From: a virus
Virus record (IMG/VR): IMGVR_UViG_3300025853_000046
Span: 1-64,000 of that record
Strand: one strand, 5' to 3'
Length of the DNA stretch: 64,000 bases
Shown here: in pieces, positions 26,267 to 37,520 of the stretch
Layout of the letters: the number at the start of each line of letters is the position of its first letter
How positions within the stretch are numbered: the first letter of the stretch is position 1
Program-made: the position numbers and the translations under genes
Notes under the pieces: model-generated
Told to the model about the DNA's origin: nothing
The model's database searches: none
The model's input: only the letters and a program-made list of their open reading frames with translations

Positions 26267-26481
26267 AGTATTTGCACTCCTGTTAAATATGTAATCCCGA
26301 TTGCGGCTAAAAGGTAGACTCCTCTTCGTAGCATAACCATGTCTTTTTCCATGTGAAATAAATGATTTGTCTCAATTGTGTGAACTCGTGTGTCAATGTC
26401 GTTCACTTTCGAGACAAGCCAATTTATTTTACCATCCGAATCTCTCTCAAGGACTTCATCTAAATCAGACATGCCTACCAC
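26263..26481 (-). CDS. Coiled-coil + C-terminal TM protein (XhlA/holin-like)
   Basis: HTIETNHLFHMEKD followed by GVYLLAAIGITYLTGVQIL. Confidence 0.55.
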   Translation of the reverse strand: MVGMSDLDEVLERDSDGKINWLVSKVNDIDTRVHTIETNHLFHMEKDMVMLRRGVYLLAAIGITYLTGVQIL

Positions 26482-26525
26482 TGTTATAAACGAAATAGTA
26501 ACGACTATTTAATATTTGTCTATTA

Positions 26526-26978
26526 TCAAGGGACTAATACTAAGAAGTCCCAATTTTTAGTTGTTGTTCCACCGCTATTTACTACCACTAATTGTATTTG
26601 ATACAATGCCGAATCTCCCGGTTGTGCGCCACCTGCTATTGTAAATACTGGGTCAAAATCTGCCGATGTTGCGCTTGATGGAGAAATACCAGTAACTAAG
26701 CCCCCAGCATTATCCACTTCTATTATAGCCCAACTTAGAGAAGTTGCCGTTCCAGTCCATTCACCATTTAATCCAACTGTAACTGCTTGTCCTCCTGAAA
26801 CCTCTAATGGGACTAATATCCTTTGGTCGTGTGTTGCAGAACCTCCTACGGTTTTAGTGAACTTACTATTACCATCACCTGTTGCACCTGTTCCATTATC
26901 ATCTTCACTGTAAATATCCGATACTGCTGAAACCGAAGCGGCCCCAAAAGCATAAGAATTAATAATAATAGTTCCCAT
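26526..26978 (-). CDS. Tail-fibre-associated beta-rich protein
   Basis: G/T/S-rich, Ig/PKD-like C-terminus, follows the fibre gene; ATG 26978 preferred. Confidence 0.55.
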   Translation of the reverse strand: MGTIIINSYAFGAASVSAVSDIYSEDDNGTGATGDGNSKFTKTVGGSATHDQRILVPLEVSGGQAVTVGLNGEWTGTATSLSWAIIEVDNAGGLVTGISPSSATSADFDPVFTIAGGAQPGDSALYQIQLVVVNSGGTTTKNWDFLVLVP

Positions 26979-26982
26979 AGTA

Positions 26983-29382
26983 TCATGTCCTATATCCATA
27001 AAGTGTAACCTTTAAACCTTTACCGGCTGTTGAAGAACCTACTTGGTCTATATCAAAAGTAATTAAAGCATCATCCGCTAAAGCAGGGCCAGCACCACCG
27101 ATTACTGCGGCTGTTGCGGCACTTGTTGAAGTTAATTCACTTGCATCAATTGATAGTTTAGTAGTCAAAATAGTAGAACCTGCTTCATTAATATCAACAA
27201 TTATTGTTGAACCCACTGGGGCAGTATTTACAGTTGCTTTAACTGCCGTTAATGTCATAGCGAAAGGCATATTAAAAGTAGCCTTTGAAGTTCCCGTTGC
27301 TAAGTTAGTGCTTTCATCTGATAAAGAAACAATAAACACTTCTTCGTCTAATCGAATATCATTACCTGCATCATTGGTAAAGTATAATTGATTAGGTGCT
27401 ACTTGTTTAACCCATAGTTGTCCATAAGTTGCTAAGTCAGCAGTAGCCGCTGGTCTTTCTTTTATCATCATTGAACCTTCAAGAGATAATTTAGCAGTAT
27501 GGGCCCCTGTAGGAGTAACACCAATACCAACTTTATCTTCCCCTGCATCTGCTACAATAAGTTCTTGGTCGCTATTACCTTCTACTCTAAAGTCAATATC
27601 AACTCCATCTTCATTAATTACAGTTTTAGTAAGACTCAAATCAATTCTCCTTTGTCGTGTTCCACCAACAAAAGTTCTAAAGTATAATTCTCCTGATTCA
27701 GAATTAGTAGTAATATCATTTACTCTTGCGTAAATATCAGCAAACTCATGTTCTGCTTCTGTTCCAGTGTCATCATCTTCGGTGGAGTTCATACTTAAGA
27801 ATCTAATGTTACCAATTAAATCTCCATTTGCGGGAGTTGCAGTAGTTCTTTTAAATACTAAATCAGGGGCAAGAGCAGTATCATTGTCCGTAGATTCCAA
27901 CCTTAATGTATCATCTGTTGAAGATGTTACAATATGTAATGGTGCGGCAGGTGTTGAAGTTCCAATACCAACATTACCACCATTAAATAAAGCGGCATAA
28001 TTAGTATCTCCACCACTTACATCAACAGTTAAACCTTTTACTGTTTGAGTTCCTGTTCCCGAACCAACAACATCAATATCTATACCAATAGCGGAAGAAG
28101 TTCCCTTACTTGAAGAATCCACATCAACATTAATTCCAATATCATTATGTGCGGCAGTTCCACTATTTTGTGTTGCTCTATCAATATCAATTTTTAATGC
28201 GGCTAAGTCTTCTGCACCAACAATGGTTCCATCCTTATCAATATCTACTGTTTGTTTATCAGTAAAGGTATTACTTACCTTTACTGCCTTAGCATCTAAA
28301 GCAGTTTGTATTGCACCAGTGACCCCTTTAACATAACTAAGTTCTGTGAGATTTGGATATGTTGCTGTATCAGCCGAATCTAAATTATCACTACCATCTG
28401 TAATAACAATCGTACTTGGGTCAAGATTAGACACATTAACATCACCCGCACCGTTAACACTAAACTTTACTTGGTCGGAATTGTTTCTTATTTCAAAACC
28501 TGTAGCAGTAGTATTAGTTCCCAGCCTTGCTACGATTTGGTCGTTGCTGTCCGTGTTATCAATAATAAAATCTCCAACTGTATTTGTTAAAGTAGTTCCG
28601 GCAGAATTACCTGTAATGCTGGCAGTTTCAGTGTAATAAGGTGGAGAACCCCCGGAACTATAACCTATTGACAAACTATTTTCTAATATGTTTTGTGTAT
28701 AAAGTTGATGGCTATATCCCGATTCATCATTCGCTGTTCCTGCTGTAATTTCTATTAACGCTATTGGGATTAAACTTGCATCTAAATCGGAAACTAAAGC
28801 ATCTGCACCGGAAAGCGTTCCTCTTACAATTTCAACTGCTGGGCCAAAAGTTAATGTCGAAGTCGCAGTAGCGGTCACATCTGCACTTAATGTAAAAACC
28901 GTAGTACTGTTAATTGCCGCCACTGTTGCACCTGCGGGAATACCTGTTCCCGAAACTGTTTGTCCAATACAAACAGTGACACCCGAACCTTTTGTAATAT
29001 GTCGAATACTTGTAGAACTGCCATCGGATATTCCCGAAGTATTTGTTGTGCATGAAGCAGTAAATTCCACAGGGTCAAGAAGTACCCAATCATAACGAGT
29101 GTAATTAGTGTCTCTTACAGTAGAATCATAACTTACTTGTAAATCAGTCGTCAATGTTTGGTATTTATTTCTTGCTTTAAAATGAATTGGTTGTTCTAAA
29201 GTAAAGGTAGTAAATCCACCAACGGCAGAAGTAGTTAAACCTGCAATACCTATACACATATTTCCTCTATCATATGATTCTAATGCCTTTAAAATTCCGG
29301 TGTGCATTTTACTTGTTTGGTCTACTAATTGAGTTGTTGCACCCATTTCTGTTATATGTCCTTGATTGCTTACTGTTCCCAT
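26983..29382 (-). CDS. Tail fibre / receptor-binding protein
   Basis: T/S/G/D-rich; GNVGIGTSTP.APLHI and DKVGIG fibre repeats; VSGTGIPAGAT module. Confidence 0.75.
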   Translation of the reverse strand: MGTVSNQGHITEMGATTQLVDQTSKMHTGILKALESYDRGNMCIGIAGLTTSAVGGFTTFTLEQPIHFKARNKYQTLTTDLQVSYDSTVRDTNYTRYDWVLLDPVEFTASCTTNTSGISDGSSTSIRHITKGSGVTVCIGQTVSGTGIPAGATVAAINSTTVFTLSADVTATATSTLTFGPAVEIVRGTLSGADALVSDLDASLIPIALIEITAGTANDESGYSHQLYTQNILENSLSIGYSSGGSPPYYTETASITGNSAGTTLTNTVGDFIIDNTDSNDQIVARLGTNTTATGFEIRNNSDQVKFSVNGAGDVNVSNLDPSTIVITDGSDNLDSADTATYPNLTELSYVKGVTGAIQTALDAKAVKVSNTFTDKQTVDIDKDGTIVGAEDLAALKIDIDRATQNSGTAAHNDIGINVDVDSSSKGTSSAIGIDIDVVGSGTGTQTVKGLTVDVSGGDTNYAALFNGGNVGIGTSTPAAPLHIVTSSTDDTLRLESTDNDTALAPDLVFKRTTATPANGDLIGNIRFLSMNSTEDDDTGTEAEHEFADIYARVNDITTNSESGELYFRTFVGGTRQRRIDLSLTKTVINEDGVDIDFRVEGNSDQELIVADAGEDKVGIGVTPTGAHTAKLSLEGSMMIKERPAATADLATYGQLWVKQVAPNQLYFTNDAGNDIRLDEEVFIVSLSDESTNLATGTSKATFNMPFAMTLTAVKATVNTAPVGSTIIVDINEAGSTILTTKLSIDASELTSTSAATAAVIGGAGPALADDALITFDIDQVGSSTAGKGLKVTLYGYRT

Positions 29383-29726
29383 TAATCCACTTCCACTGTT
29401 ATAATAAATTCAATTTCTTGACTTGCTGTTAAAGGGCCTATACCATCATAACTAACTCTCGTTAACATTGTTCCCCCTGATACTTCTGAGAAAATTCCTA
29501 CTTCTTTAATTGTTTGTCCTGTGTGCGTCGAGCCTTGAAGGGTAAATGTAAAATCAATTGTAGTATCTCCGGCAGAAACTACAGTAAGAGTTCCCCTTGA
29601 ACCTAAAGGTGAATCTAATGCACTTGCATTCGGGTTCGTTGAATCTCCACCTGTTCCTACCTCATAATGGGTAAAGGTCGTAACGATGTAATTTTTAAGT
29701 AGTTCCCTTCCATCTTTTGTTATCAT
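29382..29726 (-). CDS. Tail/baseplate fibre-attachment protein
   Basis: ITKDGR..VGTG..IKEVGIF..MLTR pattern typical of tail-collar/fibre N-terminal domains. Confidence 0.6.
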   Translation of the reverse strand: MITKDGRELLKNYIVTTFTHYEVGTGGDSTNPNASALDSPLGSRGTLTVVSAGDTTIDFTFTLQGSTHTGQTIKEVGIFSEVSGGTMLTRVSYDGIGPLTASQEIEFIITVEVD

Positions 29727-32700
29727 AATCCTACCCCCGAACCAAAGCCTATTGTCTTTGTAAATCCTATTACAGAACTTGAAGTTCCCAATGCAGAAGT
29801 GCTACTTGTTATCGTAGCCTTGACAAATTTAACCCGAATCCCCTGTATATCAATATTAGGAGAGGTCACACTCTTATAGACTTTTTGTTGTGACCTCCCT
29901 TGTAAATTACGAGTTTCTGATAATAACATAGAAAAGGTATTTGCTAAATCTCTATCATATTCACCAAGTAAAATAACAGTAGGGCTTCCTGTTCTTTTTA
30001 TTACTTCGACCACAACATATTCAGACCTGTATATATTTTCACTTGGATAATATACAGAAACTACTTGTTTTGGTTGTAAGTGAGGTATTTTATCGCCAAC
30101 TTCTATTGTAAGGGCTTGACTATTTTTACTATATAATTTCAATAAGTCCTTAGCCTTTTGGTCTACTTGCTCTTGAGATATTAAAGAAAAGTCATAAATT
30201 TCTTTAACCTTTTCTCTGTTCTTATTAATATCTCTTCTATCTCTTGCTACACCTTTAACATTATCTCCATAAACTTCTACAGAATTAAACTTATCATAGA
30301 ATGATTTATTTTTTCTAATGCTCACAATCTTATAAGTATTTTCATCTTCATTAAATTCTATATCTCTATAATCCTTCGCTTCTTCATTACTGACAATTTT
30401 AATGTTTGTTCCATCAATATTTAATTTTTGGTCTTTAAATGACAAGGCATTATTAATAGCCGTAAATGCGTTTTGTCCTGTATAATTTAATGCGAGATAG
30501 TATTGAGATGTTTCTGTTCCTTTGGTATATTCTGTTCCTACCTCTCCTACAATTTCATCTACAATAGCATCAACTTCAGGGGCTATTGAAAAGGCACTTA
30601 CAATTTTTACAGATTCTACATCCTTTTTAATTTCACCAATTATAGAAATTGTAAATGTTTCGCCAAGAGAAACACACCCCTTCATAGTTTTCATTTCATC
30701 AAAAATTAAAGAATATCTTTTAGTCGCATAATCATATGTATTATATTTAACAAGCATATTTGTATTTAAAGTATTTTTACCATCGGTAATGTGCATTTTA
30801 TAACTTGTTTCAGGGTAAAATTTGTTTCCTGTATTTTCGTGGAAGATAGGAGAATCACCCCTATGTATTAAATGAGTAGAACCATGACCGTCAAGTTCTG
30901 CTATAACATACATCGCTTGAACTGCATGGTCTCCTTTAGTCCATGTATAACCTTCCTTTGTGCAATCAGTAATAGTATAGTCGGTTTTAGTTTTTTCATT
31001 TGTAAAGAACTTACCTGTTTTAGGATTAATTACATTTGTTCCTGACATATTATTCATAACATAATGCTTTTTATCTGAACTAAAAGTATCATTAGCGATA
31101 GTTAATACTGAAAAAATATCTGATGCGCCTACATTTCCATGAGTATAATTATCAATATGAAGGTAGTGTATAAAGGCAGTAGTAGTATCTAATTTAGAAA
31201 TATTGTGATTTAAAATTTGATGTAGAGTTTTATCGTTTTCGTTATACAAAAACTTTCCTGTTAAGTCTCCAACATAATGAATCCATTCCATAAGAGTTTC
31301 AGTTTCATCGTGGGTATTAGTAGCATTTTCAATATCAAAATCTACTATAACTTTTATATATCCCTCACTATTATGGTGATTTGCTTCCGCCCCTTCTATT
31401 TTTGAAACATTTGTAGCGGCCATATCAATTTTAGGAATGTATAAAACTTCTGCATATGCCTTGTGCATTGATGTATCTCTTACTGTATTATCGTTAGGAA
31501 CATATTGTACTCCGCCACTTGAATCAATATCAGAAGTTGCTCTATGATTATCTAATAATCGAGGTATTTCAAAACCGATATAATCATAAGTACTACCATT
31601 TACCGTTGTTGTATCTCTTGTAGTAAATGCCGAATCTATTGTTGTTCCTATATTTGTAGCATTCTGTAAATATATATCTCTTTCTACATTGTATTGATTT
31701 CCGGCTTCACTTCCAAAATGTTCATCAGGACTAAACCCTACAACTACTAAACCCATATCATTATAAATTGAAACATCAGTTGTTGTGATATTATCAACAA
31801 TACCAGCACCATTAATCATTCTATAAGGGTGTGCAATATTACCTTCTTTCTTTATACCTGTAACTATTGATACTGTTACTGCGTTTGAATCATTTGCTAA
31901 GGTAGCACCTGATATTTCATAGACTGTAATATATGTAGCCTCAACTCCCATAATATTATATGTCCTATTAAAGTTAGCAGTTGTGTGGTTGTCTACTACT
32001 ATTTGCCCGTCATCTATAAAATGATGAGTTAAAACAGTGTTTGAATCAGAACTTTGAGTTGGAAAATTAATTCTTATTTGATTAAAAGTTGTTCCACCGA
32101 CTACCACTGTTGCTCTATTTGAAAAGGTTACAGTGCCTTTGTATAAGTATTTAGCAGGTGCGTTATTATCTACCCCTGAATATCTTCTTAAACTTTGATG
32201 ATTAATCATTGTATAACTGGCAGTTGTATTTAATAGAACTACATTATGGTTATGACCTACTGGATTTTCTTGATTATCCCACTTAATACGATTAGCATTT
32301 TTTAGAGTAGTGGCTGCACTTCCCCCATTCCCCCATGCGTAATCGGCTGTAAAAATTTCACCTGTATATCCAACTACCTTACAATTAGCCGCTAATGTAA
32401 TTACAGGCCCTACTGAATTAGTAGAACTTACTTCTCCTAAATATCTACTTATACCAGTTGTATCAGTTGCTGGATTAGTATATAAAGATGTATTTACAGT
32501 AACACTACTTGCGCCACCGTATGCAGATAAGTTATGTGTTATATTTATCCCAGCAATATTATCAACTTGTATTGTAGTGGAATCAGTTGTAGCACTACGA
32601 GTATTACATTTATAAACAGAATAACCTACTTCTGGAATAGATTTAGGATATGCTACTGGTAATGTTAATAGTCCTGCCCCGCCAGCAGATGATGACGGTT

Positions 32701-35700
32701 GGCTTTCTTCAGCACTATTTAATTTATAAGTTTCATAATTAACTTCATTCATATAAGAGTCCACTGTCATATGTCTTAATTTTAAAATACTAAATCTTTT
32801 TGGTGTGGTGGATAAATCATTAGTAATTGGGAAATAATCAAAATCCCTTTCTTGAATTTTATCTATTTTTGAAACGCCTTTGTAATTTGAATGTGAAATT
32901 GTTGTATTACTACTTGTAGATTTATATTTAATCATTAAATAGTAATCACTCATATTTCTATTTAAAGATGTATTAAAAAAGTTATCATAACGCTTTTGAC
33001 TTTCAGGTAACATATCTCCGGGGGCCATCAAAAAGGCATTAAAAATAGAAGGGTCATCCATTTCATATTCTAATTTTGGTCTTGTATATCCTGCATTTAA
33101 AAGACCATTTGCCCAAGAATCAGTTTCTACTGAAACCTTTGATAAATTATAAAGAGATGATTCAAATATATCAGGGTAATTTGTAATATCTTGAGTAGTG
33201 CTTCCAACAACAGGTAGATAACCACGAGAGGTAATTGGTATATCTTTTTTATTAGCCAAATCAGAAGTAGTAAAATCGCTATTTAAGTTACGAGCAATAA
33301 TCGTATCAGCCATAATTCTAAAAGCGGAGGCTGACCCTTTAAATGATATATCTTTATCAAAATAATATGTATTATAATCAGGTTTTAAAGTTTCACTTAA
33401 CATGTGTATTTTATTTCTATAATATTTTAAAGATGTTTTACTTAGATTATTATATCTAAATATAGGTATTCCGAATCTAAAGGCATAATTATTATAAATA
33501 TCAACGCTCGAAGAATCTCTATCATCTGCCACTATTCTTCTAAAAGTAGTTGGGGCAAATCCATATACTGAACCACTACTACTGTTCTTATTATCTAAAA
33601 GATGTAAGAACCCACCCCTATCTAATCCCTGTGTATTAATTAAACCTAAATCAGAAAGATTAGTATAATATGTATCTAATGTATTTGAGTCTAATCTTCC
33701 TAAAACAATTGGTGAAATATAACCAACTTCAATATCTATCGTATTTTGTTCTTGAGGAGATATATTTATAACATTCATGTTACATAAACTTCCCATCATA
33801 TCTGTTTCTATATCGAACCCTAAAGGTGTATCTGTTGGAGATGCTGAAGTTCCCTGTGTTGCTACAATTCCCTCAACTTTATTTCCAAGTAAAATAGCGG
33901 GTGATTCATTAGCATTTTTTATATTATAATCACTAAAAGAAGTAGATTCTGTTGTAAGGTTAAATGTTTTTCCCCCACCTTTCATTACATATCCTTTATC
34001 AGCACTTCCGTATAAAGTAGTAGCAGAAGAATCTCTACTATGTGTGGTAAGTGATTTGCCCGCAAGTAGTTTCTTATTACCTACATATATATTTTCTATA
34101 TTATTTCCACTTCCATCAAATAAAGCATCTAATTCTAATAAACTATCTGTAAGTAATGTAATATTACCCCCCGTTGTTTCACTCGCTCTATCTGCCCCAA
34201 CTACACCTAAAGGAACATAAAGTGTTGTAGAACCGTAGCCGTATCTAATGTATAAGACATCTCCATATGTTAATGCTACGGTAGAAGTTCCAGTTGTAGG
34301 AACTATGTTACTCGTCAAAACCGTAGTATTATTTACCGCAGTTAAACCAGTAGAAGTAAAAGAATCTGTAAAGGGGGTGACAGTAGAATACACATATTCA
34401 TCCGAATAGGTAAAGTTTTTATTAAGAGATTTTCCTATAAGTTTAGATATATCATCTCTACCACTTATGGATAATTTAAAAGCACCGGCTTCAATATCTG
34501 TTTCAATAGATTCAACACTACCCTCAAATACTACTTTATTTGTAGAAAGTGTTCCTTTTATAGAACCCATTGTATTTCCACCAGAATAATAAGAAGATGC
34601 AGGAACTGTTATTAATTCAGTATAGCCGTCATTTTTATCTCCCCTATTTACTCTTAGGTCAAATCCTGCTAAATTACCATCAACCATATATTCTAAATTA
34701 TAAATATCTGCCTCTGTTTCAGTAAGTTGTATTCCATTTCTAAAAACATTTGTGTTAATTGTAGTATCAATATCATGTCCAACCAACATATTGCCTACAA
34801 CCGGAGACCAAATATGGCGAAAAGCCTTTGCATTTGTATGTGTAAAAACCCCATTAGAAGAAATATTTTCATAGGCCACACTTGTTATAACTCTTCTATT
34901 AGTAACCGTAATTGTTTGCTCTCCGTCTACAGGTGCTGTAATTCCCGAAATAGTGTAGTAATAATCACCGATAAGAATAGGTTCATATGCTGATGAACCA
35001 TCATAAAGTAAATTTCTTAAATCCTGATTAACCAAATTGGAAACAGAAATTGTTGTAGAAGTAGCCCTTGAATAAAGTCCGGGTAAAGAACCTGTTGGTT
35101 CATCTAAAATAGAAGTTTGGTGAATTAATTCTTTTACCTTAATTCCTTCATTATTATTAATCTTATGTTCCAACATTCTCTCATTATCATAATAACTTGC
35201 TTTAAACATATTACCTTTATTTGTAACAGTTTTACTTGTTTCTACTGAATAAGGAACTGATATAATTTGAGTTCTTGTAGGAGAATCTATAAATCTGATA
35301 TAAGTAGGAAGAGAACCATCTGTATCATCGTAGTTTTTAGAAGAACCTGTCCATGATGTATAGTCAAAGGTATATGTTCCGCCCTGTGCAGTAGCCGTAT
35401 TTATTCCTCTTGGAGAAACCCCATTTGCCGAACTTGTGGTAAAATGTAATGTATCATTTAGTTGGTTATTATCTATTACATCTCCGTTATGAGTAAAGAA
35501 ACCCTTGTCTATAATAAATCCTGAAGTTACAGGTGCTGTTACAAAAACAGACTTTACCGTTTTTAATCCTACTGCCCCAGTACTTTTACTTGTTTTTAGT
35601 AATGTGTATTTTCTTGAAGGGTCTAATGTTTTTCCTTCATAGAAATAAAATGTTGGCCTACTTACCTCAACATACTTATCGTGTCTTTCTTCACTTGTAT

Positions 35701-36481
35701 CAACATCATTATGTAGGCCATAACCAACAGCCGCTACATTTGTAGCAGTTTTAAGTGGGCCTTGATAAATTGCTATTTTAGTATTTGCGGGGATATTTTC
35801 TTTTAAGGTAGGTGTAAAATAAAAATCATATAAAGTTCCTTCGTGTAGTTCTCTATTTGTAATTTTAACAATTTGATGATTCTTAGGGTCGTCTGCATAA
35901 ATAATAATAAACTCATCTCTCGTCGTAGAATCTACGGAACTTGTTTGCATATCTAATGTTATAATATTACCCGGAGTTTCATATTGATTAACTGCATAAA
36001 CATTAACAAGCGTACCCGAAGGAAAAGTTCTATTCAACACACTTGAACCCTCTTTACCACAAGCACCTACATTTGTAAAAGTAAGAGTTTGATTTGCAGA
36101 AGAACCATCACCATTTGCACCTCCTGTTGTTGAAGCAGATAATTCAAATGTATTAATATTTGTAAAACTTGCCACATAAGCACCTGAAGGTATTCCTGTT
36201 CCTGATACTGCCGCCCCTACTGTTATTGCTGGTATATCCCCAGTAATACTAATTGTAGGGTCATTATTAAAAGTGCAAGTTGCTGTTAAAGTGGCAGAAT
36301 CTTCTGTTAAAATTTCATAACAATGAATTCCTAATGCGGTATCATTACTTGCCCCCTGTGTAATTGCTCTTGGGTTAACAGAAGTTTTTAAATTATATGT
36401 TCCCACTGTGGGTGCATTTGTGAAATCAGTAGGAAAAGGTGTTCCCTCATTCAAAACAAATACTGCATTTTCATTAGCCAT
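29723..36481 (-). CDS. Giant tail tip/hub protein (2252 aa)
   Basis: Position after the TMP/Dit/LamG genes; VFEGSVESI..LSISGRD and C-terminal NSVEVYG..LGEY hub-like segments; T/S/N-rich. Confidence 0.7.
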   Translation of the reverse strand: MANENAVFVLNEGTPFPTDFTNAPTVGTYNLKTSVNPRAITQGASNDTALGIHCYEILTEDSATLTATCTFNNDPTISITGDIPAITVGAAVSGTGIPSGAYVASFTNINTFELSASTTGGANGDGSSANQTLTFTNVGACGKEGSSVLNRTFPSGTLVNVYAVNQYETPGNIITLDMQTSSVDSTTRDEFIIIYADDPKNHQIVKITNRELHEGTLYDFYFTPTLKENIPANTKIAIYQGPLKTATNVAAVGYGLHNDVDTSEERHDKYVEVSRPTFYFYEGKTLDPSRKYTLLKTSKSTGAVGLKTVKSVFVTAPVTSGFIIDKGFFTHNGDVIDNNQLNDTLHFTTSSANGVSPRGINTATAQGGTYTFDYTSWTGSSKNYDDTDGSLPTYIRFIDSPTRTQIISVPYSVETSKTVTNKGNMFKASYYDNERMLEHKINNNEGIKVKELIHQTSILDEPTGSLPGLYSRATSTTISVSNLVNQDLRNLLYDGSSAYEPILIGDYYYTISGITAPVDGEQTITVTNRRVITSVAYENISSNGVFTHTNAKAFRHIWSPVVGNMLVGHDIDTTINTNVFRNGIQLTETEADIYNLEYMVDGNLAGFDLRVNRGDKNDGYTELITVPASSYYSGGNTMGSIKGTLSTNKVVFEGSVESIETDIEAGAFKLSISGRDDISKLIGKSLNKNFTYSDEYVYSTVTPFTDSFTSTGLTAVNNTTVLTSNIVPTTGTSTVALTYGDVLYIRYGYGSTTLYVPLGVVGADRASETTGGNITLLTDSLLELDALFDGSGNNIENIYVGNKKLLAGKSLTTHSRDSSATTLYGSADKGYVMKGGGKTFNLTTESTSFSDYNIKNANESPAILLGNKVEGIVATQGTSASPTDTPLGFDIETDMMGSLCNMNVINISPQEQNTIDIEVGYISPIVLGRLDSNTLDTYYTNLSDLGLINTQGLDRGGFLHLLDNKNSSSGSVYGFAPTTFRRIVADDRDSSSVDIYNNYAFRFGIPIFRYNNLSKTSLKYYRNKIHMLSETLKPDYNTYYFDKDISFKGSASAFRIMADTIIARNLNSDFTTSDLANKKDIPITSRGYLPVVGSTTQDITNYPDIFESSLYNLSKVSVETDSWANGLLNAGYTRPKLEYEMDDPSIFNAFLMAPGDMLPESQKRYDNFFNTSLNRNMSDYYLMIKYKSTSSNTTISHSNYKGVSKIDKIQERDFDYFPITNDLSTTPKRFSILKLRHMTVDSYMNEVNYETYKLNSAEESQPSSSAGGAGLLTLPVAYPKSIPEVGYSVYKCNTRSATTDSTTIQVDNIAGINITHNLSAYGGASSVTVNTSLYTNPATDTTGISRYLGEVSSTNSVGPVITLAANCKVVGYTGEIFTADYAWGNGGSAATTLKNANRIKWDNQENPVGHNHNVVLLNTTASYTMINHQSLRRYSGVDNNAPAKYLYKGTVTFSNRATVVVGGTTFNQIRINFPTQSSDSNTVLTHHFIDDGQIVVDNHTTANFNRTYNIMGVEATYITVYEISGATLANDSNAVTVSIVTGIKKEGNIAHPYRMINGAGIVDNITTTDVSIYNDMGLVVVGFSPDEHFGSEAGNQYNVERDIYLQNATNIGTTIDSAFTTRDTTTVNGSTYDYIGFEIPRLLDNHRATSDIDSSGGVQYVPNDNTVRDTSMHKAYAEVLYIPKIDMAATNVSKIEGAEANHHNSEGYIKVIVDFDIENATNTHDETETLMEWIHYVGDLTGKFLYNENDKTLHQILNHNISKLDTTTAFIHYLHIDNYTHGNVGASDIFSVLTIANDTFSSDKKHYVMNNMSGTNVINPKTGKFFTNEKTKTDYTITDCTKEGYTWTKGDHAVQAMYVIAELDGHGSTHLIHRGDSPIFHENTGNKFYPETSYKMHITDGKNTLNTNMLVKYNTYDYATKRYSLIFDEMKTMKGCVSLGETFTISIIGEIKKDVESVKIVSAFSIAPEVDAIVDEIVGEVGTEYTKGTETSQYYLALNYTGQNAFTAINNALSFKDQKLNIDGTNIKIVSNEEAKDYRDIEFNEDENTYKIVSIRKNKSFYDKFNSVEVYGDNVKGVARDRRDINKNREKVKEIYDFSLISQEQVDQKAKDLLKLYSKNSQALTIEVGDKIPHLQPKQVVSVYYPSENIYRSEYVVVEVIKRTGSPTVILLGEYDRDLANTFSMLLSETRNLQGRSQQKVYKSVTSPNIDIQGIRVKFVKATITSSTSALGTSSSVIGFTKTIGFGSGVGL

Positions 36482-37520
36482 CTAAATTTTCCTCCTCAAA
36501 ATCCATATATAAAAGTGTATTTTTAAATTGCGGAATTAAACTATTCATGCTTCTAAATTTATTTCTTGCATTTTTAGTCACCGATATTTCATGGTATTCT
36601 CCCATAAATTGAGTTCTTCGTCGAGTAGCATAATTACTTGCAGTTGCCTCTTGACCTAAATAAATGTCTGAATTAGCAAATGTAAAATTACCCCCCACCG
36701 AATGTTGTCCTTTGACAATTTCATTACCATTGTAAAAAATACTCATTAGGCCAGAACTTTGATAACTTACTGCTATGTGATGAGGAACATCTACATAAGT
36801 TGGCTCTTTAGGTAGGTCTGCATATAGGTGTGTAGAATTACTTGGAGTGTTTGTTATAGAAACCATTGTTAAAGCATTACTACCTAAAGAACTTATTTGC
36901 CCTATTAACAAACCTGTGTTTGTATAAAGATTATCTCCTACTATAAATTCAGCAGAAGAACCTGATAAATTAATAGTTGTGGAACTTACACTACTTACAG
37001 TTCGAGAAGATTTTTTAGCGAAGGGTATATGTTGCGTATATAGATAATCAGTAGGACTTGTAGAAGATTCATTTTTAGGTTCAGGTGCTATTACATAATC
37101 AGTACTTGTAACAGTAGTTGTAGCCCCTCCTATTTTAATAGAAAAACTAATTCTATATTTAGAAGGAGTTATGGGTGTAACACTTCCTGTTGAAAATGGT
37201 TTCAAACTTACAGACATATTAGCATTATAAAATAAAGACATTTCAAGTAAATCTCGGTCTGCCGCTGGAATATAAGCCACGCCTTTCGTTGCTTGAGAAA
37301 GAGATTTTTGACTACCGGAGTAATTATTAGTAGCGTGATTATTAGTTTCATAAGGAGTAATAATAAACTCAGCAGTTATTTCTCCGGTATGCCCCCAAAG
37401 TCCAATACCTTGTGCGGGTGTATTTGAACCATCACCAAAAGGAATTTTTACATACCCATCACACATAACGGGAAATTGAAGCGATTTTCTATCCTTTGAA
37501 TATATCTGCATAGTAATCAA
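36474..37520 (-). CDS. LamG/concanavalin A-like tail protein
   Basis: HHIAVSY...SIFYNG...DIYLGQ...FMGEYHEISV. Confidence 0.7.
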   Translation of the reverse strand: MITMQIYSKDRKSLQFPVMCDGYVKIPFGDGSNTPAQGIGLWGHTGEITAEFIITPYETNNHATNNYSGSQKSLSQATKGVAYIPAADRDLLEMSLFYNANMSVSLKPFSTGSVTPITPSKYRISFSIKIGGATTTVTSTDYVIAPEPKNESSTSPTDYLYTQHIPFAKKSSRTVSSVSSTTINLSGSSAEFIVGDNLYTNTGLLIGQISSLGSNALTMVSITNTPSNSTHLYADLPKEPTYVDVPHHIAVSYQSSGLMSIFYNGNEIVKGQHSVGGNFTFANSDIYLGQEATASNYATRRRTQFMGEYHEISVTKNARNKFRSMNSLIPQFKNTLLYMDFEEENLDG